Assembly: GCA_951406725.2 (NCBI GenBank)
Contig: OX597824.1
Coordinates: 29,326,001-29,390,000 of the forward strand
DNA from: Octopus vulgaris
Taxonomy: Eukaryota
Direction: 5' to 3'
DNA: 64,000 nucleotides
The position numbers were made by a program, and so were the translations under genes. Positions 27,358 to 51,905 of the stretch are shown here, piece after piece. A model generated the notes under the pieces. That model did no database searches. It was given only the letters and a program-made list of their open reading frames with translations, and was not told the DNA's origin. The stretch's first letter is position 1, and each line of letters begins with the position of its first letter.

Positions 27358-27485
27358 TACAGCAGAGTCTTCCGAGCACGCATTAGACTGTGATTGGCCA
27401 CAGCCGGACACACCGTGTTCCGTCTTCTTCTCTCATGTTTATGTCCTTGGTCATCGTCGACAACTACGGACGAACTAATAATAAT
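27358..27485 (+). mobile_element. RTE-BovB-like LINE extreme 3' end (5'-truncated)
   Basis: YSRVFRARIRL/IGHSRTH matches the C-terminal zinc-finger remnant 'FRARIGLISH.RTH'; followed by the GTCATCGTCGACAACTACGGACGAAC tail and short TAA repeats; duplicate at ~37669-37796. Confidence 0.8.
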
Positions 27486-28563
27486 TTAGAATGTCTAAAT
27501 AATCTCCACGGCGCACTGATATATGGCACCGGTTACAGAGAGAGATATGCACGTACAAGAGGCAAATACCTTCGCTCAGTCGTAAATATTCTCGCTCATG
27601 TATTTGTGCCAAATATCTGCGAAATTTGTTTTTAATGCAGACATATAAATCAGAGATGATTTTAAGAGAAATGTTTATTAAATGATGTCTAGGGAAATAC
27701 TAGCAATATAACATTCATTTAGCTTCAAATTATCCAGATTACAAAACGATTAGAGATATCAACAGCTTTGTAGATGTTACAATTTATAAAATGTTCCAAC
27801 GAAATAGAAAATGAGAACATTTGAATATGGAAAGTAGAACAGATTTAGTATGCTGCTGAGATTTTTTATCTCTGTTGTAGGGTCTAAGCCTTGGGTCTAT
27901 ATTAAAACATGGTGATATGTATGTCACAACCAAAGACATTTGTGACACTGGGGAATTAAAACGGAAGTAAAAATATTTGAAAGACTTGACTGGTCATATA
28001 TTACATCAGCACGAACTCAAGAAAAACAGGACAGCTTAATACTTTGTTGAATATCAGTTTTGAATACCTGTGGTGAGATGAACCTTGATCATTTTCAATA
28101 TGTAACGTGTTGCATGAGACGAATTCCACAAATGTTTATTACAAACCAACAATATTACAGCAATGCTCAGTGATTAAGAAAATCATTACACAACCACATG
28201 ACGCAGATTCGATCCTACTGCCCATTACATTAGCCATAGGGTCTATTACCTTAGGTTAACTAAAACTCGGTATATAGGTACGATACTGAGCAATACACCG
28301 ATGTTTAACACGTGGCATAGTATAAACATATACCAAGCAAGATAAATAACAATGTCGTGGCCATTATTCGTGCTACTTCAGTCTGAAAGTTTAGTATACA
28401 GGCGCAGGAATGGCTGTGTGGTAAGTAGCTCGTTTACCAGCCACATGGTTCCGGCTTCAGTCTTACCGCATGGCACCTTGGGCAAGTGTCTTCTACTATA
28501 GCCTCGGGCCGACCAAAGCCTTGTGACTGGATTTGGTAGACAGAAACTGAAAGAAGCCCCTCG

Positions 28564-28600
<37 letters not shown>

Positions 28601-28955
28601 CTATCTACGTGCGTGGCTTTGTGCTTGTGTTTCCGTCCACTCAGAAGCTTTTAGTCCGCCCGAGGCTATAAGTAGAAGGCACTTACCCAAGGCGTCACGC
28701 AGTGGGACTGAACCCACAGCCATGTGGTTATAAAGCAAGCTTCTTATCACACACCCACGCTTGTGCCCAACTACAGCATTCACTCATTTACACACTACTT
28801 GTATCTATAACATAAACTACAACGCAGAAATATTTAGCATTTGACGACTGATACGAGTAAAAGGCTTGCAAGAAAGGCTGAAGGCTTGCAAAAGAGAAAT
28901 GCTGAAAGGAACCGTCTTTAAACATTCTCTTTTGCCAAAACATAAATAGTAAATC

Positions 28956-29117
28956 AGGAGTGGCTGCGTGGTAAGTAGCTTGCCTACTAACCACATGGTC
29001 CCAAGTTCAGTCCAACTCCGTGGCACTTTGGGAAAGTGTCTTCTACTATAGCCTCTACTAGGCCGACCAAAGCCTTGTGAGTGGATTTGGTAGACGGAAA
29101 CTGAAAGAAGCCCGTCG

Positions 29118-29174
<57 letters not shown>

Positions 29175-29396
29175 GTGTGTTTGTGTTGTCTGTGTTTGCC
29201 CCCCCCCCTTCCAACATCGCTTGATAACCGATGCTGGTGTGTTTACGCCCCCACAATATAGCGGTTCGGCAGAAGAGACCGATAGAATAAGTACAAGACT
29301 CACAAAGAATAAGTCTTGGGATCGATTTGCTCGACTAAAGGCAGTGCTCCAGCATGACCGCAGTCAAATGACTGAAACAAATAAAAGAGTAAAAGG
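28956..29396 (+). mobile_element. SINE family A
   Basis: Family A homology; duplicate at ~39268-39720. Confidence 0.88.
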
Positions 29397-29698
29397 GTAA
29401 CCATTGGATGGAGATTTCGTTGAAGAATACGTTCAGTAAATAATGAACTAACTGTACAGGATCACTATAAGCTTTGGGTCTATGGAAAAGAATACGAATT
29501 TAATGTCATATACGCGCAGATATTATCAAAGATAATTACAAGTGTTACTCATGTGACGTCTGCATTACCGAACACAATTCGTCAACAGCTCATAATACTC
29601 AGCTCTTTGCCTAGTGCAAACATACTTAAATTGTGCATGTGTATATAATGTATTCTATATCATTATATTAAAAGTTTAAATATAAGTATTTTTTAAAG

Positions 29699-29753
<55 letters not shown>

Positions 29754-29754
29754 G

Positions 29755-29833
<79 letters not shown>

Positions 29834-30397
29834 GTGTGTACATATATATATATTTATATTTGATAAAGAGAGTGACGTATTTAACATATATACGCATAGC
29901 TATGAATGCATATATATATATGTGCGTACATATAAATATATATATATATATATGTGTGTGTGTGGATGGGTGTTTGAGTATGTATGGATTATATATACTT
30001 ATATATGTATATATAAATGTATGCAAATATAAATAAATAAATATATATATATGTATATGTAATACATATGTATATACAAATATATATCTCTGTGTGTATT
30101 TGATTGTTTGTTTATTCGTGTATGTGTGTGTGAGTGTGTGTGTGTGTGTGCGTGTGTGTGCGTGCGTATGTATAATGCCTTCACTCATATATTCGTGTTA
30201 ATATGCCAAAATACGAAACTGACACGCATTATTAACCATTTTGATGTTTATATCTATCACAATATGTAATTGTATTTCTATGTTATAGGGTTTATTGTGT
30301 CTTTATATGTTTCAAATAACCTTTAAACTTGGGCAGAAATGTCAAAGGTATCTTACACTACGGATTGCCTAAGATATTTATGTAAAGTCTCTGTGTT

Positions 30398-30497
30398 NNN
30401 NNNNNNNNNNNNNNNNNNNNNNNNNNNNNNNNNNNNNNNNNNNNNNNNNNNNNNNNNNNNNNNNNNNNNNNNNNNNNNNNNNNNNNNNNNNNNNNNN
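30398..30497. other. Assembly gap (100 N)
   Basis: Exactly 100 N, the usual placeholder for a gap of unknown size. Confidence 0.99.
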
Positions 30498-40733
<10,236 letters not shown>

Positions 40734-41098
40734 TGCCTGTAGGTATGTTTGTATGTATGTATGCATGCATGCGTGTATGTATGTATGTATGTATGTATGT
40801 ATGTATGTACGTATGTATGTATGTATGTATGTAGTATGTATGCATATATGCATAAATGCATGATGCATATCTATGTACGCATGTGCGTTGTATATATATA
40901 TGTATAAATATAAATATATATATTTATATATATTGATAGATACATACATACATACATATATACATGTATATATATATATTATATATATATATATGTACAT
41001 ATATATACATATATATACATATATATATACACATATTTATATATACAAATATATATATACATACAGATATACGGGTATATATATATGTATATATACAT

Positions 41099-41135
<37 letters not shown>

Positions 41136-41143
41136 TGTATGTA

Positions 41144-41179
<36 letters not shown>

Positions 41180-41379
41180 GATGGATGGATGGATGGATGG
41201 ATGGATGGATGGATGGATGGATGGATGGATGGATGGATGGATGGATGGATTGATGCATACGGTATATGACAATGTTGATTCTAAAGTGGGCCAGCATATT
41301 AATCGAATTAAAACTCAATGCGTGATGTGTAGATATGTGGAATCACTTATTCAGCATCAGTGATGTATAACTACAAATA

Positions 41380-41794
41380 GGCGTAGGAGTGGATGTGTGG
41401 TAAGTAGCTTGCTTACCAACCACATGGTTCCGGGTTCAGTCCCAGTGCGTGGCACCTTGGGCTAGTGTCTTTTACTATAGCCTCGGGCCGACCAATGCCT
41501 TGTGAGTGGATTTGGTAGACGGAAACTGAAAGAAGCCCGTCGTATATATGTATATATATATGTTTGTGCGTGTATGTTTGTGTGTCTGTGTTTGTCCCCC
41601 TGGCATTGTTTGACAACCGATGCTGGTGTATTTGTGTCCCCATCACTTAGCGGTTCGGCAAAAGAGACCGATAGAATAAGTACTGGGCTTACAAAGAATA
41701 AGTCCCGGGGTCGAGTTGCTCGATTAAAGGTGGTACTCCAGCATGGCCGCAGTCAAATGACTGAAAACAAGTAAAAGAGAAAAAGAGTAAAAGA
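41380..41794 (+). mobile_element. SINE family A, full length
   Basis: Family A head, body and AGTAAAAG tail. Confidence 0.9.
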
Positions 41795-41877
41795 GGTATA
41801 AATAATCTTTATCATTTCAGTTCTTCACGAACGTTTCTGTGTTGCACAACATACGACTTGCATTTTTGTTACAAGCT

Positions 41878-42110
41878 GGAGGCGCGTGGTCTCGTGGCCA
41901 GAGTGTTGTGCTCAAGATCGGAAAATCGTGTCACCGATTCCTTTAACCTGGATCGGCGCTGGTGGTGTGTCGTGTGCTTGAGCAAAGCAGTTCATTTTAC
42001 TTTACTGCATTCCACTCAACTGTAAATGAGTAAACCATGCGATAGACTGGGACCCAGTTAGTGTTCTCGGTCAATTAATTGCTAAAGAAAGTGACTATCT
42101 GGCCCTATGT
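41878..42110 (+). mobile_element. Old degenerate tRNA SINE (V-domain-like)
   Basis: GGAGGCGCGTGGTCTCGTGG head, TGCTTGAGCAAAGCA core, CCACTCAACTGTAAATGAGTAA and TGCGATAGACTGG. Confidence 0.55.
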
Positions 42111-42162
42111 ATCGTTACTTCTTGTCCTAGTTGTAACAATACTGAACACGAGTCTATCTGTC

Positions 42163-42388
42163 TTTACTTGTTTCAGTCACTTGACTGTGGCCATGCTGGA
42201 GCACCGCCTTTGGTCGAGCAAATCGACCCCAGGACTTATTCTTTGTAAGCCTAGTAGTTATTCTATCGGTCTCTTTTGCCGAACAGCTAAATTACGGGGA
42301 CGTAAACACACCAGCATCAGTTGCCAAGCGATGTTGGAGAGACAAACACAGACACACAAGCATATACACACAAACATACATACATACA

Positions 42389-42424
<36 letters not shown>

Positions 42425-42596
42425 TACATATATACGACAGGCTTCTTTCAGTTTCCATCTACCAAATCCAGTCACAAGGCTCTGGTCGGCCCGAGACTAT
42501 AGTAGAAGACACATGCCCAAGGTGCCACGCAGTGGGACTGAACCCGGAACCATGTGGCTGGTAAGCAAGCTACTTACCACACAGCCACTCCTACGC
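42163..42596 (-). mobile_element. SINE family A, full length
   Basis: Reverse complement of family A; inverted relative to 41380-41794. Confidence 0.9.
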
Positions 42597-43140
42597 ATAT
42601 ATACATATATACATACATACATGCATACAAGCATGCATGCATACATGCATACATACTTAAATACATATATACATAATACATGCATGCATACATACATAGA
42701 TACAAACACTCATACATACATACATGTATAGGAACGTTCATGCATGTAATGTGACTGTGTGTTTACTAATTTCTTAAACTGTTAAACCAGCTGTGATTTA
42801 TCATAGCTTGAGAAGATCCATTCACTAAATTCTTTTTCGAACTTACTTTCCTCCCTTAAAACTTACAACGCCACACCTGTACAAACAGGAGCAGCTGTCA
42901 TATTATTTGGCCATCCCTGCTTTGGTTTTCGTATTTATTCTGTGTTTTCTTCCACAAGTGATGTTCGTAGGCTTTGGACATTCACCTCCGTCTGTCTTCT
43001 TTTCCCTACACCTCTGTATATACGAGTTATTTTCTTAAGTTTAACTTTCACATTTTCAACTGCTATTTTGCCCTGCATCTCCCCCATTCTCTCTCTCTTT
43101 CTCTCTCTCTCACTCTCTTTCATCCTGTACATACATACAC

Positions 43141-43204
<64 letters not shown>

Positions 43205-43820
43205 ATACGTACATACATACATATTCATGAATGTATATGATCATATATATATATGATATATATATATATATATACATAGATGAATACATGCATACATATA
43301 TATATGTGCATCTACGTATTTGTAATTGTGTGTATGTATATATATATATATGCATGTATGTATATATTTTATATATATATTGCATTCACATATATGTATA
43401 TATGTATACACACACACATATATATGTATGTATGATTTTGTATACATGACATAAACACAAACATAAAGATACACATACGCATACATATGTTCATATATAC
43501 GTGCATACATACATATGTACACGTGTATACATATATACATGCATACATGCATACATACATATATACATACATACATACATACATACATACATACATACAT
43601 ACATACATACATACATACATACATACATACATACGTACGTACATATATACATACATGCATACATACACATATGTTCATTTTAAAAAAAAGCACGAGATAT
43701 TTTACACACTTTCCTTATATGACAAACCAAACATATTCTCAGATGATTCACCATCCCCATTCTGATTCTGTCTCAAATTTTTAACCTCATCAATAGAAAT
43801 GTTCTCACATTCCCACAGCC

Positions 43821-43896
<76 letters not shown>

Positions 43897-44027
43897 TTAT
43901 ATATCTATAACACAAAGTGACGAAAGATGGGAGAAATAAGGATTGTCAGTTTTAACACGCACTGCGCTAGTACATCTGCGTGTGGGTGCACATGTGGGCG
44001 CAAGTGTGGGTGCGTATGTGTGGGTGC

Positions 44028-44193
<166 letters not shown>

Positions 44194-44518
44194 GTAGATA
44201 GATAATATAGCTATATACTTATATACATACACACATATTATACATACATGCATATTACACATACATACATATATACATACGTACGTAGTACATACATACA
44301 TACATTCGTACGTTCGTACATATAGACGCAGGATAGGCTTGTGCTATGAAGATTTTGGTTTTGAACACTATGGGTTTAAGTTCAATTCCACGCCGTGGCA
44401 CTTTAGGCAGGTGTGCTCTACTATGTCGCAATCTGGTGAGTTAATATGGCCAATGTGAACTGTATGTATGTATGTATGTATGTATGTATGTATGTATGTA
44501 TGTATGTATGTATGTATG

Positions 44519-44588
<70 letters not shown>

Positions 44589-44601
44589 TAGACATACATA
44601 C

Positions 44602-44650
<49 letters not shown>

Positions 44651-44651
<1 letters not shown>

Positions 44652-44774
44652 CTGCAAGAATTCTTCGTGGGGTTCCTGAAGCATGACCAATAAACAAGTG
44701 TCACCTTAATCTGCTGGCTGTGGATAGCTGACACTTTCCATCATACTCAGCAAAATAAACTGTGTATTTTCTTA

Positions 44775-44775
<1 letters not shown>
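44651..44775 (+). mobile_element. R4/Dong-clade LINE 3' terminus (last codons plus 3' UTR)
   Basis: ACT GCA AGA ATT CTT CGT GGG GTT CCT GAA GCA TGA = TARILRGVPEA*, matching the 'GTARILRKVL' C-terminus of R4/Dong ORFs; a ~90 nt UTR then runs into (TAA)n. Confidence 0.72.
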
Positions 44776-44809
<34 letters not shown>

Positions 44810-44835
44810 TAATAATAATAACAACAACAACAACG

Positions 44836-44908
<73 letters not shown>

Positions 44909-44921
44909 TAATAACAATAAC

Positions 44922-44986
<65 letters not shown>

Positions 44987-44994
44987 TGATGATG
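44773..44994 (+). repeat. (TAA)n microsatellite with CAA/TGA interruptions
   Basis: About 220 bp of AAT repeats, read directly. Confidence 0.97.
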
Positions 44995-46950
44995 CTCAAA
45001 TTAGGGGTTACCGACAACGTATGTATGATCATTGGACAGAAAAAGGATTGTTACAACTCACGGAACAGATTATGTGATTATGCTAGAGCAATAAGAAAAT
45101 ATCGTTCGTTCACAGAAGTAGAGCTCGAAGCTATCAAAAGACGGGTCTTGGAAAATAGCAACAGAGATAACGATGAAAATACAGTTCTTACTAATAAAAG
45201 TAATCTCATAGCACAGGAAAGGAGCAGTGGTAGTTTACTTGATGAGAGACATATAGATGATCTAAAAGAAGACAATAAAGCTAATGGGGACATGACAGAT
45301 GAACAAAAGGCAATCTATGACAGAATAAAGGCAGGACTACAGGAGAACGATAGCGACATTATTTGCAACCTTAAAAAGGTTGATCGGTGGAAATTGAACC
45401 AAGAAACGAAAAATGTCAATGAAATTCTGAAATACATCAGAACATCATTGAAACAAATAATTTGATTAAGGCAGCAAGTATAGTTGTAGCAGAAAACGTG
45501 AGCGTTGACGTCAAGAAAAAGAAATATAATGGGAGTGACAAAAAAAAAGTTCCGCGGTGGAAAAGAAGAATACAAGCAGGGTTAGACCGAAAAGAGAAAG
45601 GGGCGCTTAAAAGCGAACAAAAATACAGGGCACTAAAAAGGAAGTATAATATTGAAAGAAAAGGCCTGAAAGTGGTAATGGAGGAACTGAAACAGCGCCT
45701 CGTTGCAAAGAAAGTAAAGATGGTAAGATACGACCAAAGAATGAAGGGTTACCAGCAGAATAGGTTATTCAGAGTAGATCAGAAGAGATTCTATAAAGAA
45801 ATAAATGGAGAGTGTACAGATGAAAAGTTGATACCAGATAACAATGAAAGTCAAAGGTTTTGGAGTGACATCTGGAGCAAAGACAAGGAGCACAAGAAGG
45901 ATGCTGAATGGTTGCAAGAACTGAAACAAACAGTAGTCTGTCCAAAACAGGCAGAACTAGTCATTTCAGTTAGGGAAGTGAAGGAAATCAGCAAAAAAAT
46001 GAGCAACTGGAAGGCCCCGGGACCAGATGGAGTTCAAGGCTACTGGATCAAATGATTTGGTGAATGTCATGCACGAATAGCTGTGCAACTCAACACCTTG
46101 TTAAATGCCGACCAAGTAACACCAGAGTGGTTGACATTGGGTAGACAGTGTTGGGCTTGAAAAACATCGAAAAAGGCAATACGGCAGACAATTACAGGCC
46201 GATATCCTGTTTGCCACTTATGAGGGAACTGTTGACTAGAATACTCGGAGAGTCAATGTACGAACATCTGGGTAACAATGGAGTCCTGCCACGTGAGCAG
46301 AAGGGTTGCAAGCGTAAGTGCAGAGGTACCAAAACTGTACTTAGAGACTGCAAGAGGATGAAAAGTAACTTAAACATGTGATGGATTAATTATCGTAAAG
46401 CGCACGATATGATCCCAAATTCATGGATTACGAAATGTATGAACCTATTAGATATTGCATCGAATGTTGAGCGATTGCTTGGAAAAAATATGGCGAATTG
46501 GAGGATGGGCCTGGTAGCATACGGAAGAAGTTTAGGGACAGTAGAAATGAGGAGAGGGATCTTCCAAGGGAACTGCCTGTCCCCACTGATCTTTATTCTG
46601 TGCTTAATAACACTAACACTGATTCTGAGGAAAGCAAAAGCTGGGTATGTATTCAAAAGCCGCCAACAAAAAGTCAACCATTTGTTATTCATGGATGACC
46701 TCAAACTTTATGGTAAAGATGAATCCCAAGTCAGTTCCCTCGTTGATACGGTGTATACTTTCAGTGTTGATATCAGAATGGAGTTCGGACTGAGAAAATG
46801 TGCAGTGTTAGTCAAGAAGAGAGGCAAAATTAAATGTATGGACGGGCTAATGATACCGACGGGGTAGGTGATGAAGCAGATAGAAGAGACGGTCTATAAG
46901 TACTTGGGGATTTTGGAAATGGATAAATTGATGGAGGAAGAAATGACAGA
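44995..46950 (+). pseudogene. R4/Dong-clade non-LTR retrotransposon, N-terminal region through RT (3'-truncated, disrupted)
   Basis: Frameshifted segments RGYRQRMYDHW...[74 protein letters not shown] (FMDD at 46688-46699) and YKYLG. No APE domain precedes the RT; the RLE domain and 3' end are missing. Confidence 0.93.
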
Positions 46951-47711
46951 ATATATCAATGTATGTATGTATATTTCTGTTTTTGCTTTCCCAGTACCAT
47001 CGAACACCACATGACACACTGTTGGTTTGTTTACATCCCCCGTAAAATTCGCAGTTCAGCTAAAGATAGCGGCAGAATACGTACCAGTAGTGGGATCGAT
47101 TTGCTCGACTAAGACCTTTCAATGTTTTGCCCCAGCTTGGATGCAGTCTAATGAATTAATTGAATGCTCCAGCATGACCACGACCGCATGGCTGAAAAGA
47201 GTAAAAGAGTATGACGCCACTTTCTATTTCCATCTAATTTTTACTTTTACTCATTCCTTTCTCCCACTCTTCCTCCCTTTTTCTCCCTCTCACCCCCTCT
47301 CTCCTTATCTTTCTCACAAACTTTTCCGCCTCCCTTCTTTCTCTCCCCTGTGATTTATCCCACTCGGTCTTTCCTACTCTCCAGTAAACTTATTTATTCC
47401 TTTTCGCCTTTCGTTTGTTTTTCACTAATCCGCCATTTTCTCTTTTTGTATTTCTCATAAATCACTCATTATAATATTTGTCTGTGTTTTACTCTTGTTT
47501 TCTTTCTCTTGTTATGGTACTAGTCAATGTTTTTGCAACTGGCAACAGTAATCTTCATTATTATTTTCCAACACATCATTTTTTTGTCTTCTTCATATTC
47601 TCATTTCAATTCTTATTGAGTGCTTATGTATGTGATGATATATATATGTGTTAGTGTGCGCGTGTGTGTATGTGTGTGTGTGGTGTGTTTGTGTGTGTAA
47701 GTATATATTGT

Positions 47712-47751
<40 letters not shown>

Positions 47752-47774
47752 GTGTATCTGCATATATATATATA

Positions 47775-47805
<31 letters not shown>

Positions 47806-48755
47806 GCATATATATATATATATTTATATTCACCTAACAATTTCCCTCCATTTTATTTTTAAACTGGACTCTTTCTAATTGTAATTTTCTTACAGTACCT
47901 TCATTTGTAGGTATTTTTTTTATTTCAATCTGTCGTCTGCCTACTAATATCGTCTGCCAATTTCTCCTGTCCTAACATACGTCAAAACAACTCCAGAAAT
48001 GTATTACATTTACCACAGACTACGTATATATATATACATATCTCTGAGTAGAAAAAATATTTTCAATAATCACTTATAATTTCGATTAATTGTTTATCTT
48101 TCTCGTATATATATGTTGTAGTTCTTGAAAAAAAAAGTTGTTTTTCATGTCCTTGATGATGAAGGCTTAGATTATAATGATTTGTTTTTCTTGGTAGTAT
48201 TATTGTTGACGTTGTTGATATAGCCTTCTGTTTGTTCAGCACAACAGCAACAGCAACAACAACAACAGCAACAGCAATCTCTTGTCCTAATACCAGAAAG
48301 TCTGTCATTGTTGGATTATATTATTACATGTCGGCAGCAGAACGTTAGTACTCTTAACTACACTTAAAATATCTCTGTATTTTCTTTTTTTTGTGGAAGG
48401 GTTGGGAGTTGGCTGACACTTAAGTATTTATGTTTATACTCACACACACAAATATACATACATATACGTGCCCGCACACACACACAAACATACATTTATA
48501 CGTATATACTTATATATATATATATACATATACATATATGTAGGCATCTATATACATAAATATGTATTTGCATGAATATATACATCTATAAGTATCTATA
48601 TACATACCTATTTATATCATATACTCACATACACACACGCACACATATATGTATATATATATATCCCTTTAAGTACTTACGCATTTGTGTATACATTAAC
48701 ATAAATGCGAACACACATGTATATACATATTTAAGTAGGTGTATATTTGTATATG

Positions 48756-48813
<58 letters not shown>

Positions 48814-49092
48814 TATGTATACAAATATTTTTGTACGTATTTAGATACATGTATGTATGTGTATATGTATGTGCAAGCGTGCGTGTATCCATGCACGTAT
48901 GTTTGCATGTATGTATGTGTATGTAGACGCAGTCGTGCCTGTGTGCGGCAAGACGTTTACTTCCCAACCACAAGTTTCTGAGTTCAGTCCCACTGTGTGT
49001 AATCTTGGCCAAATGTCTCTTGCATTAGCCGCAGACCGAGGAAAGGCTTGTGAATTTATTTTGTACACGGTGTAAACTGAAAGAAGCCCGTC

Positions 49093-49159
<67 letters not shown>

Positions 49160-49262
49160 TATATATATATGTATATTATGTTTACAGAAGGTCTTAACTT
49201 AAACTGCTCGCTCTGAATTCTATACAAGATCTTTAGTTTATCACTTTACATATATTTATATA

Positions 49263-50152
49263 CGTCATGTGATCAATAAGTATTCGGACTGTTGCCATAG
49301 TAACGAAGCTAAAGTATGCAGAGTGAAGATGCCAGGTACAGAATGACCATCAGCTTTTCTATGCATGAGTACTAAGTTTTAACGTTCTAGCTCCCTTCCG
49401 CTGTTTACAGCAGTGCTTGGAAGGAAGGTGTGTAGCGTGTGATTGTCGCATTGAACATGACGGAGAATGGTGAGTAGAGAATCTGCATCAAATTTTGCCA
49501 AAAGCTTGGCGATACTTGCTAAGAGACCTACATAAAGTTTTGAAAATGTTTTCATCTTTCTCGACTCAATCAGGGAGATCTTGTGCAACTGAAACCCGAG
49601 TGTCCTTTTGGTCAGCTGCCAGCAGTTTTGGCACAAGTTTGGCCAACACGCGTTTCATTCCCAAATCTTCAGTGATAATGGACTGAACCGTAGCTAAACT
49701 GCACATCCCCTGATAACTCACAGATGGTGATTCGAAGATTTCGCCTCACAGCTGCACGCACATCTGCGATGTTTTCCTCAGTTCTGCTGGTTGTGGTTCT
49801 CTTAGAACGTTCATCAATATCAACATTTTTTCGGCCATCTTGGCAACGTGAAAACCACTCGTACACTTCTGTACGACTCATACACTTCTCTCCATACACT
49901 TTCTGCAACTTTGCGCAGGCCTTTGAGCAGGTATCGCCATGACAGCTTTCTCTGTCATGGTCAATGCGACGATCACATTCTACACATCTTCCTTCTAAGC
50001 ACTACTGTAAACAATAGAATTGAGCTAGAACGTCAAAACATAATACACATGCACTGCAGATATGAAAGTCAAGTTTTGCCAAGCGGATTTACGCTGCGTA
50101 TTTTAACTTCGTTACTATGGCAACAGTCTGGATACTAATTGATCAGACCTCG
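49263..50152. mobile_element. Mariner derivative with two 5' ends in inverted orientation
   Basis: TA TSDs; ~280 bp arms are inverted homologues including the transposase start (plus strand RICIKFCQKLGDTC; minus strand GDTCSKACAKLQKVYGEKCMSRTEVYEWF...RRNLRITICELS). Confidence 0.88.
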
Positions 50153-50157
50153 TATAT

Positions 50158-50193
<36 letters not shown>

Positions 50194-50521
50194 TAGCAAG
50201 TAAAAAAGTGAAGCTTGTGCGTAAGGATCCTCATCATTATTATTACTAAGGCGGCGAGCTGGTAGGACAACTAGCACGCCGGAACAAGTGCTTAGCAGGA
50301 TTTCGTCCGTCTTTATCTTCTGACTTCAAATTCGACTTTGCTTTTCATCCTTTCATGGTCAATAAAATAAGTACCAGTCGAACACTGCGGTAGATGTAGA
50401 GAACTTACGGGCCTTGTGCCAAGATTTGAAACCAATATATGTAAGTCGAAATAAATTTGCCGAGTGCCTTTTCCTTTTGTGTGATAACTCATTCTCATAT
50501 ATGTATACATATATCTATTTC

Positions 50522-50724
50522 TATATTGCCCTCATGGGGCTAAACATAAAGGGGACAAACAAGGACAGACAAAGGGATTAAGTCGATTACATCGACCCCA
50601 GTTCGTAACTGGTACTTATTTAATCGACCCCGAAAGGATGAAAAGCAAAGTCGAACTTAGCGCCAGAGGAACTGCCGCTAAGTATTTCGCCCGGCGTCTT
50701 AGCAATTCTGCCAGCTCGCCGCCT
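50522..50724 (-). mobile_element. SINE family B (inverted partner at ~50250-50435)
   Basis: Homology to 62887-63116. Confidence 0.8.
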
Positions 50725-50931
50725 TTATATATGTATATATATATATCGTCGTTCACCAATTAGCAACTCTGTACATCGCAGATTTTTCTGGGTAATATAT
50801 GTAAATTTATATCGCGGATTCCTCAGTTTATTCGGGTTACTGTGGCTGATAGGTGTTTATATTTTTTTAGATTTAAATTATTTCTATGGGCGGTTTTGGA
50901 GCGTAACACCCGCGATAGTCGAGGAGGGATT

Positions 50932-51008
<77 letters not shown>

Positions 51009-51714
51009 GTAATGCTGAAGCATGACCGCATACTGAAACCTGTAAAAGATAATGGTTAAAAGATAAAAGATACAGTTGTGAATATGCATATGTCTGTTTA
51101 CGCACCTACTTGTTTTGTATGTATTATAGTCGTCAGCAGCCAGTCTCACTGATAATGATCTCTACATCCAATTGAAAACCAGAAAATCGTGCGAAAAAGC
51201 AAAATAGTTGCGCTTCTAGAAGCGTCAGCAGCACACAGTTTGTCGTTAAGACAATTTAAACCAACCTCTCATGTAACTCTACTAATCAGTCGTCGGCCGA
51301 AAGCTCAGTGAACAGTCAATACTGAGACAGCTCATTGCTCCACCTGAATCCCTAGAAGAAAGGCCAGTCAAAACATGCCCTAGTTTTCTTTTTTTTTTTT
51401 GTTTCGTTTTACCAGTAAATTTCTACAGGTGGAAATTAGCAGCTTAAGCAGAGATCTTGCAGAGTGAAAACGTTTATGAATGATTAAAAATGAAATCGGA
51501 AACTTAAAAGTGCAAAGCAATTATTTTATCAACGAATTACTGACTGTCTATGAAAAAGCAATTTGAAATTCTGCATAGACAGCAAGCTCGTAAGCGCAAA
51601 GCATGTATCTGCAATTTGCTTAGGAGCTTTTCAGAGGATTGGAACGCAACCCAAAATTGTAAATAAGCCTAGATTATTTCTGTGTGTTGTGAATGAATAT
51701 TTGTAAGTGCTTTG

Positions 51715-51905
51715 ACGAAGTGAAGCAAAACACGAATTACGCGACTCCAAAGCCTTCGGTTCCAACAGATTACCAATGGTCGGTCTCCAGCAGATCCTTC
51801 CTAGCACTAATCGGACTATGATTAGCCACAGCCGGTTACACCTTACCCAGTTTTCTCTCATGTGATGTCCTTAGTCATCGTCGATAATGACGGATGAACT
51901 AATAT
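51715..51905 (+). mobile_element. RTE-BovB-like LINE 3' end
   Basis: TDYQWSVSSRSFLALIGL/ISHSRLH (decayed C2H2 motif) and GTCATCGTCGATAATGACGGATGAAC tail; homologous to 27358-27485. Confidence 0.78.

Noticed and set aside
27350-27478. Minus-strand frame resembling a toxin or neuropeptide precursor (RRRR...C...CC), repeated at ~51780-51900
   Set aside because: The frame is not conserved between copies; the plus strand explains it as an RTE 3' end.
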